A stretch of 58,463 bases of DNA from Mesotaenium endlicherianum (taxonomy: Eukaryota), in the NCBI GenBank assembly GCA_009602735.1, contig WELA01002258.1, positions 1 through 58,463 of the forward strand. The letters run 5' to 3'. Of the stretch, positions 39,878-52,227 are shown piece by piece. The position numbers and the translations under genes are program-made. The stretch's first letter is position 1; each line of letters starts with the position of its first letter. The notes below the pieces were generated by a model. The model ran no database searches, was not told where the DNA came from, and saw nothing but the letters and a program-made list of their open reading frames with translations.

Positions 39878-41100
39878 TGTCGCAATTGCTATCCACTTGA
39901 CGGTGCCGCACGCACAGCGCAAGCCACGGCTGCCCAGGTACAGGAAGTCAGTGGTGACTCACCGGCCAAAGGACCGAGTTATCTCAGTCAGCGGTCATGT
40001 CAAAGTCGTTAACATTGTCAAAGTGGTCACGACACGTCAAACCCACACCCAAGGATGGATGGGGATTTGGACGGAGTAGTCAGCCGAAAGGCTAGGGGTA
40101 TGGAACCAGCAAGTGCCCGGAAAGGTACTGATCAATTGGCTATCTAAGCCAAGTACAACAGGGATGTTGCAGAGGCGCTGTGTGCCACCTCGGCCAAAAC
40201 CCTCAAGTGACTAGTCACGGCTTGAACGTTCATCCAAAACGTCGCCAGCCAGCCACATAGGTATGATTGTCAGCTGAAAGGCTAAGAAGTCACGCGCGAC
40301 AATCCCAACGCATGCATGCATGCTGAATGACAACTCCTAAGCTGTGTGAGAGCTGCTAGGTAAGGACGGCATGCAAGCTAAGCACTGTGACTACGGACTG
40401 GCATTCTCGAAAGAGGATAATGTGTGGTGCCTGTGAAAGGCACGAGTCCTGCCTGAAGGTGCCTCATTCTTGCTCGCATCATTGTCAAAGGAAGCTCAAG
40501 GAGCAGAAGGAGCACAAAGAAGAAGGAATTCCCAAGGCCATAGAAGAGCCGAGACGCCACGCTTCTACTGACGCTGGAAGATTTCTTCCTAAGTGTATCA
40601 TAGAAAGGTTAGACCTCAGGACTTCCCAAGAGAGGACCTCGCTGGTAGAAAGTAGAGAGTTGCAGAATAGAATCTGTTAGGAGATTAGCACAGATTTGGG
40701 TCAAACGCCACATGAGTGCGAAGGTCACTTAAAATGGTGAGTGCTGTGTTAGTTTCCAAGTTCTCAGAAGTCTCAATTGTTGAATTGCTGATAGCAAGAG
40801 TAGTCTTAACGAGTAAAGCTCTCAGTGAAGAACTGAGTGAGCCCAGTCGAGCAGTGAAGAGCTGTTAAGGCGCGGTGTTGAGTAAAGAGCTCAGACCAGG
40901 CCAGCATAGATGTGCAATTTCAGATTTTTGTAAGCTGTGACTTGTGGAAGTTAAGCAAAAGCCTTGAAGGGCGATTTTCTCTGAATGCGGCATTGCCTGT
41001 TAAGCTGCTTAGACGTGATTTTTGCAAACCACAAAACTTGTTCATTCTGTAAACCCTCAACTTGGGTGAAAGCCTGTGTGGAAGTAAGACGCTTCTGCCT
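39878..41100 (+). repeat. Terminal repeat X homologue of B copy 2
   Basis: Shares blocks with X1 (e.g. aagctctcagtgaagaactgagtgagccc) and the same first base. Confidence 0.85.
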
Positions 41101-41159
41101 TACTTTTGAGAACTTGTTGATTGGTTCAGGTGAACAAGAATTCTTGAGTCAATTGGAGA

Positions 41160-42804
41160 TTGAGGCCTGTGAAGGCTGCCGGTGTTCAACCTGGAAGGGG
41201 ACCCGGAGAAATCCAACTGTATATGCGGTTCAGGAGTGGAAGACTCTACCCCTCTGTGGAGTCTGCAGAAGGTTTTGATTCTAGCCAAAGTCCACCAGGA
41301 GGTGAGACGTCTGAGCATACTGACAAGCGGTGGAGTGAGCAACTGTCGAGAGACGAGTCTCGTCATATCCCCGCAAGCAGTGAGAACCCGGATAACACAC
41401 GAGCTTTTGCACCTGATTTGGGCAGAGAGCAAGACGTGTGGAGTAGAGTTAGTGAGTCCTCATCACTGTTCGAAATGGCCGGTGATGATCGGGATGAAAA
41501 TCCTAAGTTCAAGCTGTCTGCAAAGTGTTTTAGCGGACGAACCAGTGGAAACGGTCTCACTTTCGAAGAGTTCGATGAGATCTATTGGGCAGAATTCTTT
41601 GAGAAGATTCGGAAAGATTCTTCTTATACGCAATTTGTCGCATTTATAGGCTTGGTTCAGTACTTGGACAAGGATGCCTTGCTGCTATATCGCCAATTTC
41701 GAAAGAATGAGGATCTCACCCAGGAATGGGCATTTGGAGAACAAAAAAGGGCTAGGGATTTGAAAACCCAGGAAGAGGCTGCGAAAGCCCGAATGTCTGC
41801 TTTATCTTTAGGAAGAGCAGTGCCAATTGCACCTGTTGAGAGCATAGACTTAGCTGCACTAACACAAGAATTAACAGAGGCCATGAGGCAACTCGCTGAG
41901 GTTCAGCAAAGGGTTGCTACTCAGAACGATGATGCCGGCTCTGTCGCAGAATTGCGAAAGGTGTGTGCAAAATTGTCTGAAAAGATTGCTGAGTAACACG
42001 CAGAGCTGCACCTCTTTAGGGTCAGCAAGGCGATAGCGCCACGACAGAGGCAAGCCATGCGCAAGCCTTGGCTAGCTGTTGTAAGGACATGGAGGTTGGG
42101 AATGACTAGCTAGACCCCGAGCATTGTCTGCGTCGTTTCTTTAAGTTGCTTGAAGCACAATTCCCAAAAGATCGCAATCTTAAGGTGCACCGTTATGTGC
42201 ATTTTGTCCGTCAGAAGAACAAGACAGTCATGGAGGTTAAATCCCGATTGGTAGACCTCGCCAAAAAGGCAAAAAATACGAGCCCAAAATAGTGGCTGAC
42301 AAGTTTCTGTTGTGCTTGGGCAAGGAAACAGATCGTGAAGTCAGGCCACATCTATCCGCAAAGCACGGGATTGACTGGGACAGCGACGAGGCGGCTGAAA
42401 TAGCACGCAATGTTGAAGAAGGTAAAGTGTCGTACAAAGTGGCTTCCAGGACGCTTATGGCTCCTGAGAGGAGGGAGGAATCCTCTCCGTCTAAGGCCAA
42501 CAGCTCTAATTTTCAGTTTAAGAAAAAGAGCGGGTCTTTCAATAAGTTTGCTAAGCATGCCAACACTGCTGAAACAGCAGAGAGCTATTGGAATTGCGAG
42601 AAATCAGGACATCAGAAGAGGGATTGTTCGTACCCAGATGCTAAGCAACTATCTGCTAGCAAGGCGCATATATGTGCACATTGCAGCAAGAAGGGACACT
42701 CAGAAGATGAGTGCTGGTCTAAGAACCCAAAAACCGCCATGGGCAAATGCTGCCTTGAAAGAGGCAGGCAAGGAAAAAAAGAAAGAAAAGGGTGGCAAGG
42801 GTAA
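41160..42804 (+). pseudogene. gag of B copy 2
   Basis: ORFs 41160..41996 and 42292..42804; zinc knuckle CAHCSKKGHSEDEC. Confidence 0.8.
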
Positions 42805-45370
42805 CCATAAGTATGAAGCTATGAGTGCAAAAATCGCTGAGTTAAAAGCTCAGTTTGCGAAACTAAATGCGCCCAATGTATACTATGATGCAGATATTGC
42901 AGAAAAGACCGTCTGCAAAGGCGAGAAATTGATGCTTGAAAAGGCTGTGGACGCAACGGTTGTCGAGCAAGCAGATCACAACCGTCTGGTGCCAAGGAAC
43001 GTTGGGAAGCTTCCTCAGACTTTTCGGATCACTCTGGATGAAAATGAGATCTCGCAGCTACGACAAGCTAGGCCCGGGACGCGTAAGACATTTAGATTTT
43101 CGCTGGAGAAGCTGAAGGCCGTGGTGGAACAACGGATCCAGCATGCTTCTTTGCTTTCTCTCGCTGATTTGCATATCACTTACCCATGCACGGTTGAAGA
43201 AGCCGGACATCAGCTGGATATAGCTGAGGAAGATGCAAATAGCGCCTCATTGCCCATCAATTTCAGCAACGTGAGAGTGCAAAATTGGGATGGTGCATTA
43301 ATCTTCAACAATTGGGTAGCTCCCAACATTCTGTTGGATACAGGCGCACAGCCAGTCATCTTGGGAAAGCGAGCTGTGAAAGCTCTAGGATTGACGGCAA
43401 GGGACCTGAAAAAGAGTCCTTTCCAGTTGAGAATTGCCTCAGGACAAGTCTCAAAGTCTTGCGGGATTACCCGCAAGCCTGTGAAAATCACAGTAAAGCC
43501 AGGGAAACCTGAAGAGGCGTCACTACTCATGGAGTGCACAGTGATGGATGCAGAGAACTATGATGTTCTCTTGCGAACAAAAGCGCTGATCTCCTTGGGT
43601 ATGGTCATTGATCTGCGGAAGCGGAGGGTGACTTACCAGTCAACAGATCGGCAGCCGGCAGGAGAAATACCTGTGAAGATGGTTTGCACAGGAGAACCAA
43701 ACTATGGACTGCTAGACTGCTGCGTTAACGACAGGTACTCAGAAGCCTGCGACAACATCATGAAGCAAAAAGAGGAAGGCTATACGAGCATCAACATGCC
43801 AACACTCTTGGTATGGCAACCCCGGATCATGAAGCAGCTGGAAACTGTGAGTAATAGGGACCGCGGCCCGCATGAGTTGCTGCCAGTACCCCACCCAGTT
43901 ACCTCCACTGCAAATCTGATGCCTGGAGTTGACCCGCTGCCGCAAGGCTTTGTCAGGATGGAAGATCCTTTTTGCAAAAGGGAAGTAGTGGTGTTGGAAT
44001 TATTTGCCGGACTTGGGTCTGGGACTATAGCATTGATCCAGCGAGGAATACAGGTGGTCGAAGTCCTGTATGTGGACAATGACAACCACGCTTTTCTAGC
44101 ATTCAGAGAAGTCATGAGTCAGATGCGGCAAATGCATCATTTTAAAGGGTTGGTGCTCGCATATAGCAATGTCAAGCGCATTGCCGAAGGCAACTTTGTT
44201 GATGTGAAGCCTGAAGGCCTGTATGACTACAGGATTGACTGGATCTTCGCTGGATTTCCTTGTCAAACGTTTTCTCAAGCTCGAAATAGGAGGGGATTCA
44301 GTGATCCACGAGCACAACACTGGGGATGGATGGTGAAAATCATCAGCATGCTGCGGGAACGACAGCACTACTACCCACCAGTGTTTGTGATTGAGAATGT
44401 GCATCCAGGAATGGATTACAAGCAGATGAAGCCAGGAGAACCATGGCTGATTCTCGACGTCACTTTGGGCCATCATGTGCTAATCAACGACGCCAAGCAC
44501 GGAGGATTATCCCATAGGGCCAGAATATTTTGGACCAACGGCATGTCTATTGAGATCCTGAGAGAGATGGAGGACATTACACGGCGATCACCAACGGCAT
44601 TGACAATGGTGGAGGCGCTGGCGGTGCATACCAAACCAGTGGCCAGGAGGGATTCCTATCCAAAGTGTGTCATCAACGAACTAGGTCAGCCAAGGGTGGT
44701 ACTGCCCACCTTCACAACATATCCAAGATCCCGAGCCTTCATAGAAGGTGGACAAGGAATGGTCAAAGACATGCATAAAAAAGACGCCGTTTGGAGAGAG
44801 CCTACTGCGGTGGAGAAGGGCAAATGCCTTGGAATACCCGACACCATAGCTTGGCATGTAGCCGGTGCTGTAGGGTCAGATGAAGCTGCAAAGATTTTCG
44901 GCAACATGATTGGGCAGCACTCTATGACTTGGTTGGTGGAAACAATCATGACGTGGCAGCAGTTGACCTTCACTGACAAGCCTATGCTGAGGCCAAGATC
45001 AGTGACAATTGGGGTCCATGTGGTGCCAACATCTAATCAAAGGGCTATCAAGACGGCACATCAGCAACAAAAAGAATCCGGTGTGCAAAAAGACGCAGCG
45101 GAAGCTGCCAGAGACAGAGCATTCAGGGAAGGTAGGGTGGCTGAATTGATGAGATGCCAGGATCTGTTGGATCGGATTGATAATCGGACCAATGAATTAC
45201 AAGCACCTCTGGAAAGAGAGGATACACCAATGGGGGACCAGGCGCCTAAAGGGAACGCCGCTGCCAAGAGTAGAAGACGATACGCAGGACACCCCATCAT
45301 CTGTGAGAAACGCCACTCACAACCAGATGCTTGGGAGCCCACCTTCCGGAGCCACTACATCAAGACGTGA
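42730..45370 (+). CDS. Uninterrupted protease-DNMT3-like methyltransferase fusion frame, B copy 2
   Basis: One frame within ORF 42410..45370: LLDTGAQPV ... LELFAGLGSG ... AGFPCQTFS ... VIENV ... HRARIFWTN ... LPTF ... IFGNMIG. MTase spans ~43984-44960. Confidence 0.93.
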
Positions 45371-47103
45371 GGAGACTCCAAAAGATGCCATATCAAAGTA
45401 TGATACCCACCTCAGCCCAAGAGCAGCTGGGCACGGAGACTACTGGCAGGAAAGCTCAAGTAGTTGGGAAGCTAACCAAAAGTGTCCATTGTCTTCACCA
45501 GAGCAAGCGCCGTTATAAGACATGTCAGAAGAGTCTGAGAAGAAGACCCCCGAGCCAACGCCTAAAGAAATTGGATATAATCAAAATTAGGGCGAGAACG
45601 CCAATGCAATATTGGTGAATGGGCTGAAGAGAGTAGCCAAGATTCAGGAGATTCTGTAGGGCTGCAAAGACCATATGCCTCGAAGTGATATTCAAAGAAC
45701 GCCAGGACGAGTTGAACAAGAAATTTTCTACAACACCTGCCTTGATGAGCCTAGAGCCGCAGGCTAGGGGCAACAACAGGGTTCAGCCAGTCAGAAAGCT
45801 GAATCCATTACAAGGCAGATCATGGAGCAGTTGCTGCAAGCAGACGCTCGACAGCACAAGGAAAAGGAAGTGGCTAAGGCAGCAAGCACGCTGCAATCAG
45901 CTATTGTCAACTTGGCAAAGCTCAACACAGATAATGATGGAGAGCCACCACCTCCTGGAGTGGAGAAGTCAATTGAAGATGAGGCAGAAATGCCAGACCT
46001 TCCAGGGTTTGACCTGCCGTCAATAACCAATAAAGAGGAGATACAAGAAGAAATTCCACGTTTTCCTACCCCAAAGCTGGATCTGTTGGAGCTACAAGAG
46101 CTCAGGACAGATGACTGGGTGGCCGACCACTTCATAATGGAGGGGCCCAGCCCATCAAATCTATACAACTATCTGAGGTCGCCTACATCCAGCACCCCAA
46201 CCGCCAGTTTTCCAGCACCAGAAGCTACCCCCCATCAGCTACAACAGCCGCTGGAAGTGGATGCCTGTACCTCTAAGGTGGAACCAACACAAGGTAATCC
46301 TCGCGGTCGCGCAAGCAGACCAAGAAAGATGGCCCGGGAAGGGAATGCACCTTTCAGGCGGATGCTGATGCGTTATCTCAAGTATAGGGAACAGCTCAGA
46401 GAGAAGGGGTTCAGAAAGGAACCATGGCTCCGCCTCCGCAACCTATCCTGGAGATTTTGTAGAGAGAAGGAGAGCATGGCTTGATTCGCAAAGCCATGGC
46501 ACTGGGAATTCACAGTCCCATGGTGCGTCCTTCATCCACTGGAACGTGGGAGAAGGACAATTCAGCTCCTAGGACATTTGCGATTTCTGAAAGGGAACTG
46601 GTAGAGCTGAGAAGCACCATAAGCCGCTTGACAGTAGAAAATGCTATATACGCACAACTAGCTGCGGCTCAAGACCCCAGACTTTGAAACAAGCATGGAC
46701 GGTTACGCCACCAGCCAGGGAGGAGTTTGGCACAACCGTTGCGCGCATTACTACTATTGAGCGCGAGTGGGGTTGGACAATTGACCCCAGAGCAAATCCA
46801 GCAAGGTGGCCTTTGTCAAACCCGCCCCCGCCACGTGAAGAGGGAGGAACAGGGACCAGCTGGACTGCAGCAGATGAAGAAAAGTTCTTGAGGCAGCCCA
46901 TCCGGAGGCGTCTGACATACCCCACTCAACACAAGAGGCGACAATCCATTGAAAAAGGTACAAAACCTAGAAAGCAGGCCGCCGAGCCTAAATTAGCGGA
47001 GGAGCAAGCTACGAAGCCTGCCACTCCACCTCCTAACAATCAGGCAGAAAAGCCTGAAGGTCAGGATGAGGGCGAAAAGCCCCCACTTGAACCCAAAGAG
47101 TAG

Positions 47104-48926
47104 CAACTACTGGATGCCTGTGTTGGGAAAAAGCAACCGGAAACTGAGGTTTTCGCCATTGGAAAAATGGTCTCAGCCCAACAGAGAGCACAAGTAGAAA
47201 GGCTCCTGAAAAAGCACCGCAAGGCGTTTGCTTTTACCAAGGAGGAAATAGGTCGAACCACTGCCAGTGTGTGTGAGATCACACTAACTACTGATAACCT
47301 AGTCAGACTTGGGCCGCATAAGCTCAGTCAGACCGAATGGGACTGTGTGGAGAAAACTTGCCAGGAGCTCCACAAGCTCGGCATGATTGAGAAATCCACC
47401 TCAGTACATGGAGCTCCCACAGTAGTAGTTGCCAAGAAGGACAAGGCTGGCACTTATACAGCCACTCGTATGTGTGGAGACTACAGACAACTGAATCTTC
47501 ACACGGAGCCAGACAGCTATGTGATGCCTACACCAGAGCGGATCTTTGCGATTGCTACCACCGGGAAGGTGTTCAGCATCATCGATCTACGCCAAGGCTT
47601 TAACCAGATCCCTGTGAAAACAGAAGATCGAGGTAGGACCGCGTTCCGGGCTCAAAGGGAACTTTGGCAATGGACGGTAATGTCGTTTGGGCTAAGAAAT
47701 GGCCCAGCCATCTTTCAGAGGACTATGGACAAAGTGCTGGAGGGGCTGGATTTTGCAAAACCATACATTGATGACGTAGTGGTGTTCAGCAAGTCCATAG
47801 GAGAGCACCTCGAGCACTTGGAACAAGTGTTCCAGCGCCTGGAGAAATTCCAGATGACGCTGCATCCTGGAAAGTGCAGATTCTTTGAGGCACATGTGCC
47901 TTACTTAGGTTATGAGATTGGGAACAATGCTATGTCCCCTCAGGCTGTAAATACTGAAGCCATTTACATGATACCTGCACCGGCGAATGTGTCTAAGCTG
48001 AAAGTCCTGTTAGGGCTAAGCGGATACTATTGTAAATTTGTGAAGGACTATAGCAGAATTGATAAATCCTTGACAGAGTTCTTGAAAAAGGACGTACCTT
48101 TTGTGTGGACGGAAGCCCAGGAGAAGGCCATGAACGAGCTCAAGGAGTGGCAGGTAACGGCCCCAATTTTGCAAACGCCCAACTACTCCAAGCCGTTCAG
48201 TCTACACACTGACGGGAGTCGTGTGGGAATCGGCGCAGTACTCACTCAGGCCGCAAGACCTAGAGAGGAGTACGTCATTGCCTATGCCTCGCGCTCTAAC
48301 AATCGAGCGAAGAGCACCTACTTGTCCTACGAAGGAGAGCTGCTGGCAGTGGTTTGGGCTGTCGCACATTTCAGAGAGTATCTATGGGGAAGACCCTTCA
48401 CAGATCACTCGCCGTTGCTCTGGCTGATGAAGAATGGAGACCTCACTGGTAAATTGGCTCGCAGGGCTCTTAAGCTCCAGGAGTACCAGATGACAGTGAT
48501 ACATCGAGTAGGTATACTCAACAACAACGCCGATGGACTCAGCAGGAACCCAGACCCATCCGCAGACGACAGAAAGGGAGCTCAAGAAGACAAAGATCCG
48601 AGCAGCCCAGCAGAATTGGCAGCCTGCCTGGTCGAAATGGCTAAAATGGTAGCGTCAGGAGAAGCTGAGTCTCTACCCCTGTTTAGTCCAGAGATCTGGA
48701 AAGATCAAGCCACTATGCATTGGCTAAAGATGGGAGTCCACATGGAGGGATTATCTGTGAAAGAAAAGGACTAGGTAAGCCATCGAGCTAAAAGGTTTTG
48801 CTGGAAACGCAATAACCTCTTCAAGATTGAAGAAATCGGTCAGAAGAAGTTGGTGCCAGAACCCACCAAAAGGCGAGCTCTGGTGCAGGAAATGCACGAG
48901 AATACTGGACACTATGGTGTCAAGAA
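47104..48926 (+). pseudogene. RT + RNase H + integrase start of B copy 2
   Basis: ORF 47167..48774 with YIDD and RNase H motifs; in frame with the upstream TAG at 47101. Confidence 0.92.
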
Positions 48927-49814
48927 TGCGACATTTCTGCTTTTCAAGAGGATCTTTTCCTCGGTATTCAAGGAATATGGTGGAAAGAAAATCTATGTAC
49001 TTGTGCAAATTGACAAATCCTCGAGAAAGCGAAAATGAAAACTAACGTAGAATGTGTGCTTGTGAGAGTTGCACTCACAATGACTCTTGCGAGTATTTAT
49101 GCTTGCAAATCGTGAGGCTCTGGAGTGCTTCAAGTCACCACCTAGGGCACTGGTTCATGTTCAACAAAAAAGGTCGAAGGGGTACGACCCATTCGGCCGA
49201 ATGCTCGAAACGCACCGTTTGGCGGTTTGGAGACTTTTCGACGGTTTCCGAAAAACTGTTTCACGCCAAACGGGCGTTTTCGCGTTCGCGTTCGCGGAGT
49301 CGCTTACACATGCTTTTGTCATGAACCGGGAGTTATAAATAACTACTTCGCCAATCGGTTAGGTGTGAACGTTTCAAACGACGAGTTGCGGGGTCGAATC
49401 CACTCCGATGCAAAGTCGCTTTGCGTATTATGTGTCGTTTGACTTTTACGACTGTTTCTTCGTATTAACGACTGGTCGTAAATGCAACATCTATGACTGT
49501 ACATTATCTGAAATAATGACAATCATATCAACTTAATCAAGCCGAGATATTAACTTATCATCTCATGATTAATCAAAGTAGCTTTATGAATAATTATGTC
49601 GTACTTTTGCGGAGTAGTCGAGTTACGTTACGACGCTTTTTGCAATAGTATCTCGGTCATTTTGCCAATCGACCGGGAATTAATCGGCACACGCGTGTGG
49701 CAATTAATTGAATATGATACAATCATTTATCAAATAATATGATAAATAGTATAACGTACTTTAGGTAATTGGGAAAACGTCCCAAATACGCCTAAAATAG
49801 CTCGAATCGTTACA
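48927..49814. mobile_element. Solo LTR (888 bp) inserted in the integrase of B copy 2
   Basis: TG...CA termini; 5-bp TSD AAGAA at 48922-48926 and 49815-49819. Copy 1 has the empty site (gtcaagaaggcatat). Confidence 0.88.
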
Positions 49815-49971
49815 AAGAAGACATATAGTCTTCTAGAGCTGTCTTACTGGTGGAGGGGCATGAAGCTGCAGTGTGAGGATGAGATGAAGGCCTGCAAAAG
49901 CTGCGATTGCGTCAAGGCTGGTTTTACGCAGCAACACCCACACCTGCAACCTCTGCCAATCATGGGCCTAA

Positions 49972-50691
49972 TGTAATGAATCAGTATATTAGTAGATATA
50001 ATATTCATTTAGATGTAATAGTAAATTAAGTTCAGCCTGCTGAACTCTACTTAAGTAACCAGTTTGCTAGACTTTATATTTTATAACAGTTTAATGACTT
50101 AGCTGGAGGCAGCAGGCTGAAGTCAGCTTAACTCAGCTTGCTGACACATTCTTTGACGGCCGGCTGACTTCCGTACTCGGTAGTAGCGAACTGCCTCATA
50201 TGCATCTAAGTGTGGTAGGCTAGATGAATGGCCAGATGACATCCCTATGACGGATGGCAATTCGGGATGATGGGAAATGGCGGTGGATTTGGTTAACCGA
50301 GGTCCTACCAACGTGGTTAACTCCCGGGTAGGCGGTGCCATCGCACTGACCGCTGAAAAGTAAAACTCATTCCATGTACATATGCTAGGCATTGCTCTCG
50401 AGTTCGGCATTCGGAAACGAGGCCAACTCTCGTGTACAGCTTACTGAGAGAGATCTGAATCCAAGGCGAGAAGCCATTGACACGCACTGTCTTCTAACCT
50501 TGCTTATGTATGAGTTTACTGAGTGCATTATTGATGCTAGTTTACTCTCGTTGATTTACGAGTGTTGTTCACTGCTAGTGTGTTGTCCTTTTGCCGTTTA
50601 ATCAGTTAACGGAAAATCCATAAAGATTACTTGCTGATATAAAGATCTTTATTAATCGTTAATCGCCTATTTGGTAAGTCGATTCATTTCA
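49972..50691 (+). repeat. 5' LTR of the chromovirus (720 bp)
   Basis: TGTAATGAATC...GATTCATTTCA inverted termini followed by a PBS. Confidence 0.88.
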
Positions 50692-50692
50692 G

Positions 50693-50706
50693 TGGTATTG
50701 GAGCAG
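50693..50706 (+). promoter_or_regulatory. Primer-binding site, tRNA-iMet type
   Basis: TGGTATTGGAGC resembles the canonical TGGTATCAGAGC and lies 1 nt after the LTR. Confidence 0.8.
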
Positions 50707-50725
50707 TTATCACAGTCTTCTTTGT

Positions 50726-52204
50726 ATGGTAAGGACAAGGTCTCAAACTAGCAACTCCCGAGACATGGAGAACCAGGATAACGAGAATGTCAAAAACCAG
50801 GCGGAAAGCCATGTAGCGGGAACCCGTACCTATTCTGAAGCAGTGGCAGATACTGCAGCTAGAGAGGCTGCAGATGAGGCAGCTGCTATTGCCGCAGTCG
50901 CAGCACAGCAAGCTGAGGAGGAGAGAGCCAGATTAGAAGCTGAACAATTAGCAAAGGCCGCTGAAGATACAGAAAGGAGGGAAGGACAGCCAGCTGACGA
51001 GCGCACTGTTGAAGAACTTATGGCATCAAGGGCCAATGTTCTGAACCCACCTCCTGCTGTACAACTCAATGTACCCCTAGGTCAAATACGTGACCGGCTG
51101 AATGCGGCAGGAATTGCTGCTGCAGGAGCGAGAGGGACTGTTGAGGACACTACTCAGCGAGTAGATGCCAATGCTGCTGCTGCATTTGCTAATCTACCAC
51201 CCCAGAGTGTAGACTTGGGAGCATTGTTCGTTCAGATGCAGTCGCAAATGGCGACCATGTATCAGTCCCAACAGGAGGACAAAAGAATCATAATGTCTCT
51301 ACTGCGGGACAGAGACCAACTGGGGTCTCAAACCACTAGTGGTGGTGGCCGAGGGCCTAGTAAGCCCAAGCCGAAACCTCCCCAGGAATATGATCCTGAG
51401 GGAAACAGAAAATATTACCTGATCAAGTTTCTCGCGGATGTTGAGCAGTGGCTGGAGAACTACCCAGAACTGCAAGATTACGAGAAGGTCAGGCACACCG
51501 GTGCGCTACTGAAAGGCAGTGCCGCAGACTGGTGGCTTTACTGGAAAGGAGAGCGTAAGGCTCGGCAACTCGGTGACCCTACGTGGGTAGAGTTTGTCGA
51601 GAAGTTGCATGAGAAGTTTGATGTCATCAACCAGCAGGAGAAAGCTATCTATGCGATGATCTCCCTGACACTGAAGCAGACCACTTCAGTTGCTGAGTTT
51701 GCTCAAAAGTTCCAAGAGAACATGATGAAGCAGCCAGATTTGCCAGAACGGTATAGGATAGCATACTTCAGGTATGGCTTGAAATCCGAGGTCTCTGGTC
51801 ATTTTGCTGAGAAAAAGTATGAGAAACTGGCTGACTTGATCCAGGATGCTGACGCCTGGGATCAGCAGCAGTTCAATCACAAGCGCCAGAGTAACGCTTT
51901 GGTGTCTAAGATTGTCAAAAAGCCCCACGGTTCCTACAATGCAGTTGAAGGAGACCAGGCTGAGGATAATCAGGGTGATGAATATGAGTATGAGTACAAT
52001 GCTATTCAGTCTAGAGGTAGAGGTGGTCCCTCTCGAGGTGGCTATGGAAGGGGTGGTGGTAGGACTAAGCCGAGACCAGCCTCAGCAAAATCTACTTGCT
52101 ACCATTGTCAGCAGAAAGGCCACTACAGAGAACAGTGTCCGGTCAAGCACCTGCCTAAGGTCGAGAGAAAAGACCAGCCTTTAAAAGACAGCAACAGTCA
52201 GTAA
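50726..52204 (+). CDS. gag: Gag (492 aa, intact ORF)
   Basis: LKGSAADWW and LKQTTSVAEF capsid-like motifs, RGG tract, CYHCQQKGHYREQC knuckle. Confidence 0.92.
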   Translation: MVRTRSQTSNSRDMENQDNENVKNQAESHVAGTRTYSEAVADTAAREAADEAAAIAAVAAQQAEEERARLEAEQLAKAAEDTERREGQPADERTVEELMASRANVLNPPPAVQLNVPLGQIRDRLNAAGIAAAGARGTVEDTTQRVDANAAAAFANLPPQSVDLGALFVQMQSQMATMYQSQQEDKRIIMSLLRDRDQLGSQTTSGGGRGPSKPKPKPPQEYDPEGNRKYYLIKFLADVEQWLENYPELQDYEKVRHTGALLKGSAADWWLYWKGERKARQLGDPTWVEFVEKLHEKFDVINQQEKAIYAMISLTLKQTTSVAEFAQKFQENMMKQPDLPERYRIAYFRYGLKSEVSGHFAEKKYEKLADLIQDADAWDQQQFNHKRQSNALVSKIVKKPHGSYNAVEGDQAEDNQGDEYEYEYNAIQSRGRGGPSRGGYGRGGGRTKPRPASAKSTCYHCQQKGHYREQCPVKHLPKVERKDQPLKDSNSQ

Positions 52205-52227
52205 TCCAGTCTACTGACTGTGAGGAT
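52180..52227 (+). promoter_or_regulatory. -1 ribosomal frameshift signal between gag and pol
   Basis: T_TTA_AAA in the gag frame (52180-52186), 7-nt spacer, perfect 10-bp stem ACAGTCAGTA/TACTGACTGT. The -1 frame is open into pol. Confidence 0.8.

Larger units (their letters stand above)
39878..49971 (+). mobile_element. Ty3/Gypsy family B copy 2 (diverged subfamily), interrupted in the integrase by nested insertions
   Basis: Starts TGTCGCAATT, homologous to the X1 start. Collinear with copy 1 through gag, PR, DNMT, linker, RT, RH and the integrase N-terminus. Confidence 0.92.
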
